From assembly GCF_020745735.1 (NCBI RefSeq), contig NC_083449.1:8592923-8656922 (forward strand): a stretch of 64,000 bases of DNA, given 5' to 3'. Source of the DNA: Hemiscyllium ocellatum (lineage: Eukaryota). A program made the translations under genes and the position numbers. Below are positions 51,201-64,000 of this stretch, piece by piece (position 1 is the first letter of the stretch; each line of letters starts with the position of its first letter). Under the pieces are notes generated by a model. It worked only from the letters and a program-made list of their open reading frames with translations, made no database searches and was not told the DNA's origin.

Positions 51201-53768
51201 TCTCTGGATGAGCTGACCAAGGCCCTCGAGTCCTTCGAAAAGAATAAAACTCCTGGAAGCGACGGCTTACCAGTCGAGCTCTATTCTGCTCTGTGAGACT
51301 TGATTGGCCAGGACCTGCTGGAGGTGTATGTCAGTATGCTTCGGGCAGGTACCATGAGTGAATCCATGAGGAAAGGCATCATCGCCCTCATCTACAAGCT
51401 GAAGGGGGAGAGGGAGGAACTCAAAAATTGGAGACCAATCTCACTGTTGAATGCGGATTACAAAATTCTGTCAAAGGTAATCGCCAACCGGGTCAGGTCT
51501 GCTCTAGGGTCGGTGATTCACCCTGACCAAACCTGTGCTGTGCCGAGTAGGAAGATCGCTGAGAGTCTCGCACTCCTCAGAGATACGATCGTCTACGTGC
51601 AGGACAGAGGATTGGACACCTGTCTGATCAGCCTGGACCAGGAGAAAGCCTTTGACAGGATATCACACAGGTATATGAGATGATCTCTCCATAATGGGCT
51701 TTGGGGAGGGAATCTGCAATTGGATCAGACTGCTCTACACCAACATTGTCAGTGCAGTCTCAATCAATGGGTGGGAATCAGATAGCTTCCCAGTCAGATC
51801 TGGAGTCAGGCAGGGCTGCCCTCTCCCTCCTGCCTTGTTTGTGTGCTGCATAGAACCATTTGCTGAGTCCATCAGGAAGGATGTGAGCCTGAGAGGGGTG
51901 ACTATTCCTGGCAGCAGGGGCCTGCAGGTTAAGGCCTCCCTGTACATGGATGACGTCGCCGTTTTCCACTGTCCGTGCGCAGACATGCCACCAGTTCGAA
52001 CGGGCCTCAGGGGCCAAGGTAAACCGAGGCAAGAGCGAGGCCATGCTCATTGGGAACTGGGTCGACAAATCCTCAATCCCCTTCACCATCAGGACCGACC
52101 ACCTGAAAGTGCTGGGTATTTGGTTCGGGGGGGCTGGGGCATTCACCAAGTCTTGGGAGGAGCGTATCAGCAAAGTGAGGCAGAAACTGGGCAGATGGAA
52201 GCTACAGTCGCTCTCCATCGCGGGAAAAAGCCTGGTCATCAGGTGTGAGGCACTGTCATTGCTATTATACGTGGCACAGGTCTGGCCTATTCCCAGAACC
52301 TGTGCCGCTGCAGTCACCCGGGCCATCTTCCAGTTTATATGGAGATCAAAGATGGACCGGGTCCGAAGGGACTTGCTGTACAAAACTGTGGGCAACGGTG
52401 GAAAAAATACACCCAATGCCACCCTCACCCTGACGGCCACCTTTGTGTGTGGCTGCATCAAGCTGTGCGTGGGTCCCCGGTAAGCAAACACCAAGTGTCA
52501 CTACGTACTGAGGTTCTACCTGTCCCCGGTGTTGTGAAGGATGGACCTGGCCTCGCTGCCGCGGAACGCTCGGAGTGGTTGGACCGTTCCGTATCACCTG
52601 TCCTTCGTGGAGAAGTTTATGAAGAAAAACATCTTTGACCACAAGTCCATCAGGAAGTGGTCAGCACGTAGTGTCCTTGAGACCCTTCGAGAAAAGGAGA
52701 GGGCGGATCCTATCGAGCAGTTCTCTGAGCAGACTGTCAAAGCCATTTGGCAGAATGCCTCAACGCCAGAACTTTCCAACAAGCACCAAGACATACCTTG
52801 GCTGGTGGTGAGAAGGGCTCTGCCTGTGAGATCATTTATGCATGCCCTGACTCTCAGCCACACCGCACGCTGCCCTCGAAGCGGCTGCGGGAGGACGACA
52901 CTATCACACACCTCCTTCTGGAATGTGCCTACACAGAAGAAGTCTTTTTTTTTAGATTTCTTACAGTATGGAAACAGGCCCTTTGGCCCAACAAGTCCAC
53001 ACCGACCTGCCGAAGCGCAACCCACCCATTTACCCCTTACCAAACACTACGGGCAATTTAGCATGGCCAATTAACCTGACCCGCACATCTTTGGACTGTG
53101 GGAGGAAACCGGAGTACCCGGAGGAAACCCACGCAGACACGGGGAGAACGTGCAAACTCCACACAGTCAGTTGCCTGAGGCGGGAATTGAACCCGGCTCC
53201 CAGGCACTGTGAGGCAGCAGTGCTAACCACTGTGCCACCCACTTTGGAGAGGAATGGAGTGGTGTTTGTCGAGGTTTGTCCCGAGCAGCTCCGTGACACG
53301 GGACTCCGTGCTCTATGGCCTGTTTCCCGGGCCGCACACCGAGACGAACATCAACTATGCCTGGAGGGTCATCAACTCGGTGAAGGATGCTCTCTGGGCG
53401 GTCCATAACCTGTTGATCTTCCAGCTGAAGGAGTTGACCCCGACTGAGTGTTGCAGACTGGCACATTCCAAGGTCCAGGACTACGTTTTGAGGGACGCGC
53501 TGAAGCTTGGGGCAACTGCCACCAAGGCGCGGTGGGGAAAGACCACCATGTAATATCTGCCTATCTAAAGAAGAACAGGGGGGCCACGCAGTCATTTGGG
53601 CTCTGCTGACGTCTCAGCAAAAAAATGTAATTGTACAGACCTGTAAATAGGAACGATTACTCTGTTTTGGTATGCAAAGAAATGGAATGTTTACATATGT
53701 ATAGCATGTCCACTTGTATAGATCATCAAAGTATTTTATGAATAAAGTATATTTTTGAAATAAAAAAA
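48214..53768 (+). mobile_element. Full-length decayed Tx1-clade LINE (gag-like CCHC ORF1; APE-RT ORF2)
   Basis: CRNCKQEGHSTKEC and CNLCGEVGHMYKAC knuckles. ORF2 from 49889: MGFKIASINV.., SRIDY..SDH, KTPGSDGLP.E.Y, WRPISLLNADYKIL, GVRQGCPL, YMDD. AATAAA at 53741 and A-tail; 20-bp TSD; several stops and frameshifts. Confidence 0.93.
52945..53240 (-). mobile_element. Young HE1-like SINE nested in Tx1 ORF2
   Basis: Near-identical to 37983-38285; the Tx1 frame resumes after it. Confidence 0.92.
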
Positions 53769-54029
53769 ATTGGGTTAGAATATGGTAAAGGATCAGGATT
53801 TTCACTCTGGTGTCGCGTAGGGGGTAGATATATTGAGGGAAGTTCAGAAAAACCTCTTTCACTCAACAACTGGTGGGAATCTGGAAGTTACTATTTGGAT
53901 GAGCACTTGAAATATCATACCATTTAAGGATATGGGACAAGTGCAGGAAATTAGCAAACCTTCGGTGGAAGCTATTGTGGGTGCAGACATGATGCCTGAA
54001 GGGCTTTTCTGTGTTGTATGAGTATATCC

Positions 54030-54175
54030 TTGTCAGCCTTTGCTCTGTGTATGTCAAGAGTGCAGTTATTAATCTGTACCTGTCATTCTCTGATTTATGA
54101 CTATGTAATGGCATTTATCATATGACACCTATCAGGTTTTTGCTGTGGTATAGTTATCAACCTGTAACTTTCAGG
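54030..54175 (+). repeat. Short block of the ~47-bp satellite
   Basis: GCAGTTATTAATCTGTACCTGTCA units. Confidence 0.6.
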
Positions 54176-54179
54176 TTGT

Positions 54180-56750
54180 AGAGTCATACAGCCTTTGGTC
54201 CAACTAGTCCACACTGACCAGATACCCTAAACTAAAGACATTTCATTTGCTAGCAAAGAATCACAGAGTCATATAGCATGGAAACAGACCCTTTGGTCCA
54301 ACTCATTCGTGCCAACTAGATATCCCAATCCAATCCAGACTCACCTGCCACCATTCAGCTCGTATCCCTCCAAACCCTCATTTACCCATCCAAATGCCTT
54401 TTAAATGTTGCAATTGTACCAGCCTCCACCACTTCCTCTGGCAGCTCATTCCATACACATACCACCTTCTGTGTGTAAATGTTGCTCTAAGGTGTCTTTT
54501 ATAGTTTTCCTCTCTCACCCTAAACCTATGCCCTCTAGTTCTGCCCATATCACATCCTCTTTGTTACTTCTTCAAAAAACTCAAATCAAGTTTGTGAGAC
54601 ATGATTTCCCTCGCACAAAACCATGTTGACTATAACTAATCAGCCCTTGCCTGTCCAAATACATGTAAATCCTGTCCCTCAGGATTCCCTCCAGCAACTT
54701 GCCCACCACTGACGTCAGGCTCACTGGTCGATAGTTCCCTGGCTTGACCTTACCACCCTTCTTAAACAGTGGCACCATGTTAGCCAACCTCTAGTATTCT
54801 GGCACCTCATCTGTGACTATCAATGAAACAAATATCCCAGCAAGAGAACCAGCAATCACTTCCCTAGCTTCCCACAGAGTTCTAGGGTACACCTGATCAG
54901 GTACTGGGGATTTATCCACCTTTATGCATTTCAAGTCATCCAGCACTACCTCCTCTGTAATATGGACATTTTTCAAGATGCCGCCATCTATTTCCCTATA
55001 TTCTATATCTTCCATGTCCTTTTCCACAGTAAATACTGAAGCAAAATGCTCGTTTAGTATCTCCCATATTTTCTGTGGCTCCACACAAAGGCCGCCTTGC
55101 TGATCTTTGAGGGGCCCTATTTTCTCCCTAGTTACCCTTTCGTCCTTAAAATATTTGTAAAAACTCTTCGGATTCTCCTTAATTCTATTTGCCAAAGCTA
55201 TTTCATGTCCCTTTTTTGCCCTCCTGATTTCCCTCTTAAGTATACTCCTGTTGCCTTTATACTCTTCTAAGGATTCACTTGATCTAGCCTGTCTATACCT
55301 TAACCAAACCTTCAAATTCTTTAATCATCCAGCATTCCTTATACCTACCCACCTTTCCTTTCACCCTAACAGGAATATACCTTCTCTAGATTCTAAGTTT
55401 GGCATATATCCCTTCAAAACCTCTGGTTCATTTACCCATCTGAGCTCCTTTTAAATGTTGTAATTATTTCCACCTTCATCACTTCCTCTGGAAGTTCATT
55501 CCATATGCACATCACTCTCTGCCTGAAAAGTTTGTTCCTCAGGTTATTTTTTTAAATCTTTGCCCTCTCACCTTAAACCTATGCCCTCTGTGCTCCCCCA
55601 CCCAAGGAAAAAGACCTTGGCTTTTCATCCTATCAATGCCCTCATGATTTTTTAAGCACCTGTAAAAATCACCCCTCAGCTTCCGAGACTCCAGGGAAAA
55701 TAGACCCAGCTTATTCAGCCTCTCCCGATAATTCAAACCCTCTAATCCTGGTAACAACTCTGTCAATTTTTTGCACCCTCTTAAGATTAACAACTTCCTT
55801 CCTATAGCAGTGTGACCAGAATTGTATGCAGTCCTCTAAAAGTGTCCTATCCAATGTCCTGTGCAGTCCTAACATGATGTCCCAGCTCCTAAACTCGGTG
55901 CACTTACCAAAGGAGACAAGCATGCCAAACACCTTTTTTACAACCTTATCTAACCGCCATTCAGAAAATGACTTTCACTGTCTACCCTATCTAAATCTCT
56001 GATCATTTTGAATCTCTCTATCAAATCCCCTCTTAACCTTCTTCTTGCCAATGAGAACAGGTTCAAGTCTCTTAGCCTTTCCTCATAAGACCTTCCCTCC
56101 AGACTGGGCAACATCATTGTAAATCGCCTCTACATCTTTTCAAATGCTTCCACATCCTTCCCAAAATATGGGAACCAGAGCTGTACACAACATTCCAAGT
56201 GTGGCCGCATCTGTGTTTTATATAGTCGGAGCATGATATTGCAGTTCCGGAACTCAATCCCTCTACGAATGAAACCTGACACATCGTATGCCTTCTCAAC
56301 TGCATTATCCACCTGGGTGTCAACTTTCAGGGATCTATGTACATGGACTCCAAGATCCCTCTGCACATCCACCCTACCAAGAATCTTTCCATTGACCCAC
56401 CTACTCTGCTTTCCTGTTATTCTTCCCAAAGTGCATCACCTCACATTTAGCAGCATTGAACTCCATTTGCCCACCTCTCAGCCCAATTCTGCAGTTTATC
56501 CAAATTCCCCTGCAACCTGTAACATTCTTCCACACTATCCACTACTCCACCAACTTTAGTGTCATCTACAAATTTACTAATCCATCCACCTATGCCTGCG
56601 TCTAAGTCATTTATAAAAATGACAAACAGCAGTGGTCCCAAAACAGATCCTTGTGGCACACCACTAGTAAACGGACTCCAGGCTGAATGTTTTCCATCAA
56701 CCACCACTTGCTGCCTTCTTTCAGAAAGCCAGTTTCTAATCCAAACTGAC
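54180..56750 (-). mobile_element. Cluster of CR1/HER1-like fragments (~54260-55390, 55400-55955, 55975-56750)
   Basis: ORFs at 54581, 54791, 55539, 55711, 56130 and 56447 carry CR1 ORF2 motifs. Confidence 0.88.
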
Positions 56751-57883
56751 TAGTTCTGCACTCACAGAAGAACAAACAGTTGCAGACTGCACCAGTTATT
56801 GTCCTTATTCATGTCATGAAGGAATTGAAGGAAACTGGTAATTTCTGGTCAGAACAAAGAGTGAGATAGTGTCAATACACAGTGGGTACAGAATTATTTG
56901 CAACGTACAGAAATACTGTCAGGTTAGTAGGTCTATAGGCAAAAATAGAGAAGTCATGACCTCAAATATGTCACAAGTGGGAGAATTAGCAATTCATTAA
57001 ACAAGTTATCCAGGACAGTGAGAGTGAAGTATGTCAGTCCCAGTGTACAAGTCAACTTCCTATAGAATTAAAATGCATGGTATCAACTTGGTCAAAAAGT
57101 AAATTCTACTTGTTTATTCGGAAATACTGCACCTATTGCATGTTCACAAGCTATTCCACTTATGTAGGGAAAGAATAAAAATTCAGACTAATTATTCATC
57201 CAATTATCTCACCATGCTCACCATGTAACTTGCTGTCAGACTCTCTGATTTTATGTAATTCATGTACCAATTCTTTTTGTTCAAACTAGAGGAATTAAAT
57301 AGCAAGCCAAGTGCCAGATTGAAACAAATATTGCAATTTAATTTGCTTCCAAAAGGAGAGAACAGAACACATCTCAGACAAAATGACTGAATCAATACTT
57401 TGTTTTCAAATGGTCCAAAGGAAAATCAAACATTGACATGTAAAGGTACACATTTAAACAGATACCCAGAGATTATTGGACACAGAATGAAAAAACTCTC
57501 ATATTCAAAGTACCCATTCAGACCAGAAACTGACCAATCCAGAAAATAACTTACAATCATAAACTGGACCATCGAATAAAAGTTGTGGAAATTATCCAAA
57601 CTGCTTTAGAGTGTCAGAGACTGACAATAGTATTAAAAAGTCTCACTTTCATTTACAGTACATAGAATTTCTCCAGGTCATTTGGCCCATTGGCCGGCAA
57701 CAACTCGCCAAAGCATATCCCACACAGATATAGATCCTACCCAACCCCCATAACTACATCTTTACCATAGTAACCCACCTCGTCTGAACATTGCTGAATA
57801 TTACAGGGCAATTTACCATCACTAATCCAGCTAGCCTGTACATGTTTCGACTGTGGAAGGAAACTAGAGCACCCAGAGGAAAC

Positions 57884-58563
57884 TGTTTTGAAGATGTGGG
57901 TGTATTGTACATTTAAGAAAGTTTTCAGTCAGTAGAACTACCGGACATCACCAAGTGTTCCGAAAAAAAAGTAACACTTGGTCGAACAACCCAAGTAGCT
58001 GTCTGGAGACAAAAACATTTGAATTCAAACAATCAGTTTAAATTATACCCTGAAAATATCAAATACCAATCCAGTTCGAATTGAGTACATTTACAATCTT
58101 ATTAAAAGCCAATGACACAGTCTGATGCTCTGGAGTTATAAGACCAGGGAAAATTGAACAGTTAGGAGGATAATTGTGAAGCCAACATCATGCAACAAGA
58201 CTGCCCAAAAATAAGCTCTCTTAAAGGTACCTTTATCAATCTGTGAAGCACAATCCCCAAAAACATCAAAGAAAGGAATACAGAAAAGAACCGAAAGCTG
58301 CCTGGTTTTGAGAAAAGAAGTTTTGTTTTGTAAATCTTAATCAGGAGTTCTATTGGACTAGTATTATAGAAGATAAGTTAGAGGAAGGAATTGTCAATAG
58401 TTTTTTTAGTTAATCACTTTCTGCTATACTTTAAGAAATAAAGCTGTTAATCTTTACTTTAACTAGTTCTTGGCCTATCAAATTTTCAGATTGCTGCATG
58501 GGATAAATCTTTTCTCTGTTGCTACTTTTAAATTAGCAAAGGGATTTACCCCATGCCATAACA
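57884..58563 (+). mobile_element. Solo LTR (680 bp), TG...CA with 4-bp TSD, Gypsy-like
   Basis: TSD AAAC at 57880-57883 and 58564-58567; internal TATAA (~58137) and AATAAA (~58437); splits an old SINE; absent from the left arm. Confidence 0.8.
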
Positions 58564-60304
58564 AAACCAATGCAGACATGGGGAACGTGTCTGAGTGCAG
58601 TTTGCACAATGAGCCAAGGCTAGTATTGAAACTGGGTGCCTGGCTACCCGGACATGGATGGCAATAGATAAAATCTTATTCATGTTGAGCAACAGAGATT
58701 TGAAGTAAAAAGAACTCCTGCAGTTTCTGGCAAGTGTCATGTCAAACAGAGACAAATATTATAAGTACACACTTATTCAACAAAGCACACACTGAAAGGT
58801 ACAGATACTTTCAAATGCATTCATCCATTCATGTAGTTGGAACTGTCAGGTATAGATTGAAAACTGTGCTCATTCACATTGCAGAAACTGACAGGTGTAA
58901 ATTTAAAGCAATGTTCTCATACTCATTTTAAAAAACTGATAGGTACATTTTGATAACACTCTCATATTCTCAGAGCTGAGTACACACAAGCAGATAAAAA
59001 TGTCAGACTTCTCAATTTTCTTATTGTCTTCAGCTTTGAGACATTTACACTGACATAACCCTGAAAGAAACTAATAACTGTAGTGTATACTCTGCATGAC
59101 AGAAATGCGAGGCATCATTCATCTTTCACTTTATCTCTAACTTCCTGTGTGTGCTCACAGATCACATAGTGACAGATTCAATTACAAGTCACGGTAACAG
59201 AACAGGGATGGAGTCAAAAAACATTCATTTCACCTGAAAGTTAGAAATATTGTGATATTTGCTCTCTCACATGCCAGTGGTTGACAGAAGCTGAGTAAAA
59301 ACAAGATTAGAAACAACCATCTGGCAGTTACAGAATGAAATTCAGAGTCAGTTGCAAAACAATGAATTGTCAGGATACAATGCAACTATCCACTGGCGAG
59401 AAATTGACATAAACAGTGTAATATCAGCAACATTGTTATTGCCAATTTCTGCAATTACAAGATATTGTCCCTTACCAAATGCTGCAATTATAAATATATA
59501 CTTACTGTCAATGCGCAGAAGCTGATATTCAAAGGATATGGGTGTGGAGGGGAGGGAGTCCTGCCTGAGACTGTCCGAAGTGGTGTTTGGTCACACTCAG
59601 AATTGTAGATACTCAATGAGGAACATTCTTATGTTAATGACTAACACCTCAGGAGTAAAAACAACAGGTTACACTTCAGAAGGTTTGAGTTACAGTCAGT
59701 AACGTACTGACTTGTAAAGACTGTGAAATAGGGTAAACAAAAATGCTATACCTCCCAGAAATGGATAGGCACAGATTGGAGGAACATTTCCAAGTGGCAG
59801 GCAAACGGTGTAAAGTTTTACTGCTTCCATCAGTGTTTGGTGGATACAGAATAAAACCTGTCTTGAAATAACACTAATTGACTATTACACAGAGGACCTC
59901 AATGGACAGGTGTTGAATTCATGCCAAATATCTCAATAAGGACTCTACAGATACAAAGTTAAAGTGATACATATATAACATGCTAACTGTTGCTGGTTAC
60001 CAAGCATTCGTATGAGACTGAGAAATGCTCTAAATCCCTGCGTGAAAGTTCAATGCTCCTAAATTAAAAACAGTGGCAAATGTGGTTCTGATCCACTGTA
60101 GTTACTTGCAAAACACAGTTACAGATCGGTCTTTGGGCCCACAGTTAGCAATCAAGTTCTCAGAAATCCTACAGTCAAGACAGACATTTTCAACCCGTGA
60201 CTCAAGAAAAGTTTTAAACAGGTACTCATCTCTCTCCAACTCCGTGCAGTTGAGAACGAATTCCATCAACCCCAAACCTAGAAAACACTCACAGTCTGAG
60301 AATC

Positions 60305-60590
60305 TCTACAGTGTAGAATTAGGCACTTCGGCCTAACAAGTCCGCACCGACCCTCGGAAGAGTAATCCACCCAGACACATTCCCCATTATTCTGCACATC
60401 CCAGAACATTATGGGCAGTTAGCATGGCCAATTCACCTCCCTGCACGTCTGAATTGTGAGAGGAAAAGTGAGCACCCGGAGGAAACCCACTCAGACAAGT
60501 GGACAATGTACAAATTCCACACAGACAGTCGCCCAAAACTGGAATCGAAGCAGGGTCCTTGGCGCGGTGAGGCAGCAGTGTTAACCACCA
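60305..60590 (-). mobile_element. HE1-like SINE, right arm only
   Basis: SINE core and head on the minus strand; no counterpart near 26930-27020. Confidence 0.82.
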
Positions 60591-60845
60591 ATAAAAGTGG
60601 CAAACTCAGTGTTAATTCCAGCGCAGAGAGAGGACCAGAAACAGATATGCGGAACTAGAAACACACCCTTCCACTCCCACATCATCACAACAACGAGCAG
60701 AAGGAAATCGAGCCAATACCACCGTCATTTTCTGTGTGACAGGCACAAAACAAATCTCCCTCAGACAGACTGACAGGAACAGAATCACCATCCACTTCAC
60801 ATTTCGTTGCAGATTCTGACAGATCCACATTGGGTCCCACATAAA

Positions 60846-60954
60846 CCAATCACAGAAACTGAGTGTTTGGGAACGATTCTACGTAAACTACCCAATCATA
60901 AACTAGGCTTTCCCCATCCCTTATTAGCATTGATGACGCCTTCAGTCTATAAAA
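60846..60954 (+). promoter_or_regulatory. H2B promoter, right copy: two CCAAT, H2B octamer box, CRE half-site, TATA
   Basis: CCAAT at ~60846 and 60892; CCTTATTAGCAT at 60919-60930 (H2B consensus CCTTATTTGCAT); TGACG; TATAAAA at 60948-60954. Confidence 0.8.
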
Positions 60955-61004
60955 AAGAGCTCCGAGCCTGCTTTCCCTTATTGTATCTGAAAGTGAGCGG
61001 CGCT

Positions 61005-61385
61005 ATGGCTGATGAGAAGAAAGCACAGCAAGCGTCCAAGAAGGGCGCGAAGAAAATCATCAAGAAGGCGCCAGCGAAGGGTGGCAGGAAGAGGAAGCGG
61101 ACCAGGAAAGAAAGTTACTCCATCTACATCTACAAAGTGATGAAGCAGGTTCACCCCGACACCGGCATCTCCTCCAAAGCCATGAGCATCATGAACTCGT
61201 TCGTTAACGATATTTTCGAGCGTATCGCGGGGGAGGCTTCCCGCCTGGCCCATTATAACAAGCGCAGCACCATCAGCTCCCGGGAGATCCAGACCGCCGT
61301 GCGGCTGCTGCTGCCCGGGGAGCTGGCCAAGCACGCCGTGTCGGAGGGCACAAAGGCGGTGACCAAGTACACCAGCTCCAAGTGA
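61005..61385 (+). CDS. H2B: Histone H2B (126 aa), replication-dependent
   Basis: Paralog of 26167-26547 with one substitution (TPAK vs APAK). ATG at 61005, downstream of the TATA. Confidence 0.98.
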   Translation: MADEKKAQQASKKGAKKIIKKAPAKGGRKRKRTRKESYSIYIYKVMKQVHPDTGISSKAMSIMNSFVNDIFERIAGEASRLAHYNKRSTISSREIQTAVRLLLPGELAKHAVSEGTKAVTKYTSSK

Positions 61386-61426
61386 AGGACCGCATTGTAC
61401 TGAAACACACACATCCACAACCCAAA

Positions 61427-61442
61427 GGCTCTTTTAAGAGCC
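61427..61442 (+). terminator. Histone 3' stem-loop (H2B, right copy)
   Basis: CCAAA-GGCTCTTTTAAGAGCC-ACCCA. Confidence 0.97.
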
Positions 61443-62625
61443 ACCCACAACCTTCCTGAGACAGCAGAACCATTTTAAAAGAATTGTTTGTTTTAGTTTG
61501 CATGTTGATGAAGTATTTTAACTTCGTTTTACATTTGTTTTTATAATTGGCTTGCAGTTTTGAGATACGAGAATGAAGGGGGTGGGGTAAGAATAAATCA
61601 TAAACATCTCCTTTCCCTGTTGTGAGAGAGACAGCAGATTAAGTACCGTGAGTCATTTTAAAGATTGATTTGTGCGGGTCTGCATGTGATTCTTGGCCAG
61701 TTATTTTTAGTCACATACTATGTTATTAGTGCGTTGCAAATTGACGAGGCGAGGGGAGCGACTTCATAAACAGGCCCTTCCCTGTCTGAAGAGAAGAGAA
61801 CAGATGAAAAAGGAGTCTGTTCATCTTGTTTAAGTTATTAAAAACCTTGGTGGAATGTTAAGTTATTTTCGACCTGGCAAACAAACGGAAGTGCCCACAG
61901 CTTTTAGTCCCACGGATTGATGTATTTTAGTCACTTTTACATTGTCAATGCGAGGATTTTAAACCGGTTTTTCAGTACTTTCTGCTGTCGGTGAGAGGTT
62001 TTCAAAGTGAACCAAGAAAACACCAAAAAAGCTGCCGGGCTGAAATTTGATTTTTGCTGAATCTGATCGAGACCGATAAGGGAGGCCAACTTTAAAATAT
62101 CGTCTAAACACCGTGTTCGCCATCGATACTGAGCCGGAAGAATGTGTGCTGCTTTATCAGACTGTAGTGTTTGGCCTGTTTTGTTTCATTTTGAGGTTTA
62201 GAAAATAACCCACTCGAGATCAGAAATGGACAGATACAGGTGAGCAAATGAGGGAGAGTAAGACCGTGTGAAGTACACATTTGTACACAAAGTAAATTAA
62301 CATGAGCATTAATGTTTTTTAAACTTATTCAGTTTTTTGTACTCTCTTTTAAAGTGTAAAACATTCTGCTTTGTTTGGAGATTGGCGGGCTTTTCAAATT
62401 GTAAAAAAAGCGGTTGATGATTTGGCACCGGTACTTCCCGCCCTCCTCCCAGTGCCCTCTCCGGATTGGGGAATGAGGCAGATATCTGATTGGGAATTGA
62501 AACAACATTAGGCGGGGCTGAACAATGGGACCAATCAGAAACGGTCGCCTCACCATTCCTCCCGAAGGTATAAGAGGCCGCAATGTGGGCGGAGTGTAGC
62601 AGTCTCTGTGAAACTGGTTGTAACC

Positions 62626-63015
62626 ATGTCTGGTAGAGGAAAGGGCAGTGGGAAAGGTCGCGCCAAGGCGAAGTCTCGGTCGTCCCGGGCTGGCCTGCAG
62701 TTCCCGGTGGGCCGTGTTCACAGGCTCCTGAGAAAGGGTAACTATGCTGAGCGTGTGGGTGCCGGAGCGCCGGTCTATCTGGCTGCGGTGCTGGAGTATC
62801 TGACGGCTGAAATCCTGGAGCTGGCCGGCAACGCGGCCCGGGACAACAAGAAGACCCGCATCATCCCCAGGCACCTGCAGCTGGCCGTGCGCAACGACGA
62901 GGAGCTCAACAAGCTGCTGGGAGGGGTGACCATCGCTCAGGGCGGGGTGCTGCCTAATATCCAGGCCGTGCTGCTGCCCAAGAAAACCGCCGCTGGGGGC
63001 GCCACTAAAAAGTGA
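62626..63015 (+). CDS. H2A: Histone H2A (129 aa), replication-dependent
   Basis: [26 protein letters not shown]...[14 protein letters not shown]; ATG at 62626; TATAAG upstream. Confidence 0.98.
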   Translation: MSGRGKGSGKGRAKAKSRSSRAGLQFPVGRVHRLLRKGNYAERVGAGAPVYLAAVLEYLTAEILELAGNAARDNKKTRIIPRHLQLAVRNDEELNKLLGGVTIAQGGVLPNIQAVLLPKKTAAGGATKK

Positions 63016-63045
63016 AGAGAGTATTCTTGAATCTGACAACCCAAA

Positions 63046-63061
63046 GGCTCTTTTAAGAGCC
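63046..63061 (+). terminator. Histone 3' stem-loop (H2A, right copy)
   Basis: CCAAA-GGCTCTTTTAAGAGCC-ACTCA, then GAAAGGGGCT. Confidence 0.97.
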
Positions 63062-64000
63062 ACTCACAGCATCTGTGAAAGGGGCTCAACTGTCTGTCGG
63101 ATTGATTATTTTCCTCTTAATGGGGAGAGCCCTCGCCTTTGTACCGGATGTCAATGAATTCCACGCTCCATTTAATTAGATACTGTTATTGTCTTATCAG
63201 AGGAAGAATTTGTCATAAAATGCAATTGTATGAGTGTCCTGAACTACAGGATTTCTTATTGAATGGTCACTGCCTGAGTGACCTCTGTCTTCAGTTATAG
63301 AATGGCGGTACGAATGTCCGAGATCGGGTTTGACTTCACGTTACATTCACATCTCCTTTAAGTGCAGTAGGAAGAGCTGGGTTGACCCAATGCACGAACG
63401 GGTCAGTATCTGCAGGATACAGTAAGAAACAGTCCCTGACCCGCTGTGCTTTATTCTCCGCTCGGTCCATATTCCGTCCTTTATCCCCTGCCTCTGGAGA
63501 GACAGAGAGAACAGATTGAACACCAGTGAGGCATTTTCAGCTTTAAAGGCGGGAATGGGGTGAAATGAAATTGTCTGAACTTTAACTTCGTAATCGAAAA
63601 AGTAATCAAGGTGTTCATATATTCTCCTCTGTCAAACTTGCTGCCCTTTTGTACGTGATGGCGGGCATTTTCAACTTTGAAAATAAGCCGTTGGTCTCTT
63701 GGCGCCATTTTATCCCTTTCCCTCCTGCCTCCGCCTCACCACAAACCATGTTATCGCAAAGGGAGTCAATGAGGAGATGGGTTTTTTTTCCAGAAATATC
63801 TAAGCCAATACAAAAATTTGATAAGATAACCTGGATGAAATAAAAAAAGTATTATAGTCTTCGGCCAAGTAATTTGTAATCGCTGCCTGAACGGGCAGAT
63901 GGAAAGAACGCGCCATTAAGACATCCGGCGGCTCCCAGAAACAACAGAGCAGAGTATGATGCCTGGGAAATATGAATACTGCAATATACAACATTAATGT

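Larger units (their letters stand above)
56750..64000 (+). repeat. Right arm of inverted segmental duplication, running off the window
   Basis: Reverse-complement homology to 23463-31230; the inner end abuts a CR1 fragment at ~56750. Confidence 0.9.

Noticed and set aside
60807-61004. N-terminal extensions of the H2B and H2A ORFs in the track
   Set aside because: They start at non-canonical codons or upstream of the TATA box; the real starts are 61005, 26547, 25198 and 62626.

Overview
Vertebrate genomic DNA, inferred to be elasmobranch (shark) from HE1-like SINEs and HER1/CR1-like LINEs. It is mostly transposon-derived and contains part of a replication-dependent histone locus with five intact genes, each followed by the 3' stem-loop: H4(+) 22564-22875, H2A(-) 24809-25198, H2B(-) 26167-26547, H2B(+) 61005-61385 and H2A(+) 62626-63015. 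The two H2B-H2A units lie in the arms of an old, roughly 7.5 kb inverted duplication (~23460-31230 vs ~56750-64000+). Mobile elements include many CR1-clade fragments (one young, with an open 561-aa RT frame), a full-length decayed Tx1 LINE with a 20-bp TSD, Penelope remnants, two solo LTRs and DNA-transposon MITEs; a ~47-bp satellite is also present. Less obvious signals are: (1) short, TSD-flanked, often palindromic elements carrying minimal hammerhead-ribozyme cores; (2) a duplicated, apparently spliced non-coding unit with an NRF1-motif promoter, exon 1 and a repeated ~82-nt exon, one copy head-to-head with H4; (3) an E2F-MYB-CHR-E2F cassette on both sides of each H2A; (4) an inverted 58-bp H4 fragment downstream of H4. 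Repeat family names come from pattern recall, not database searches, and boundaries of old repeats are approximate.
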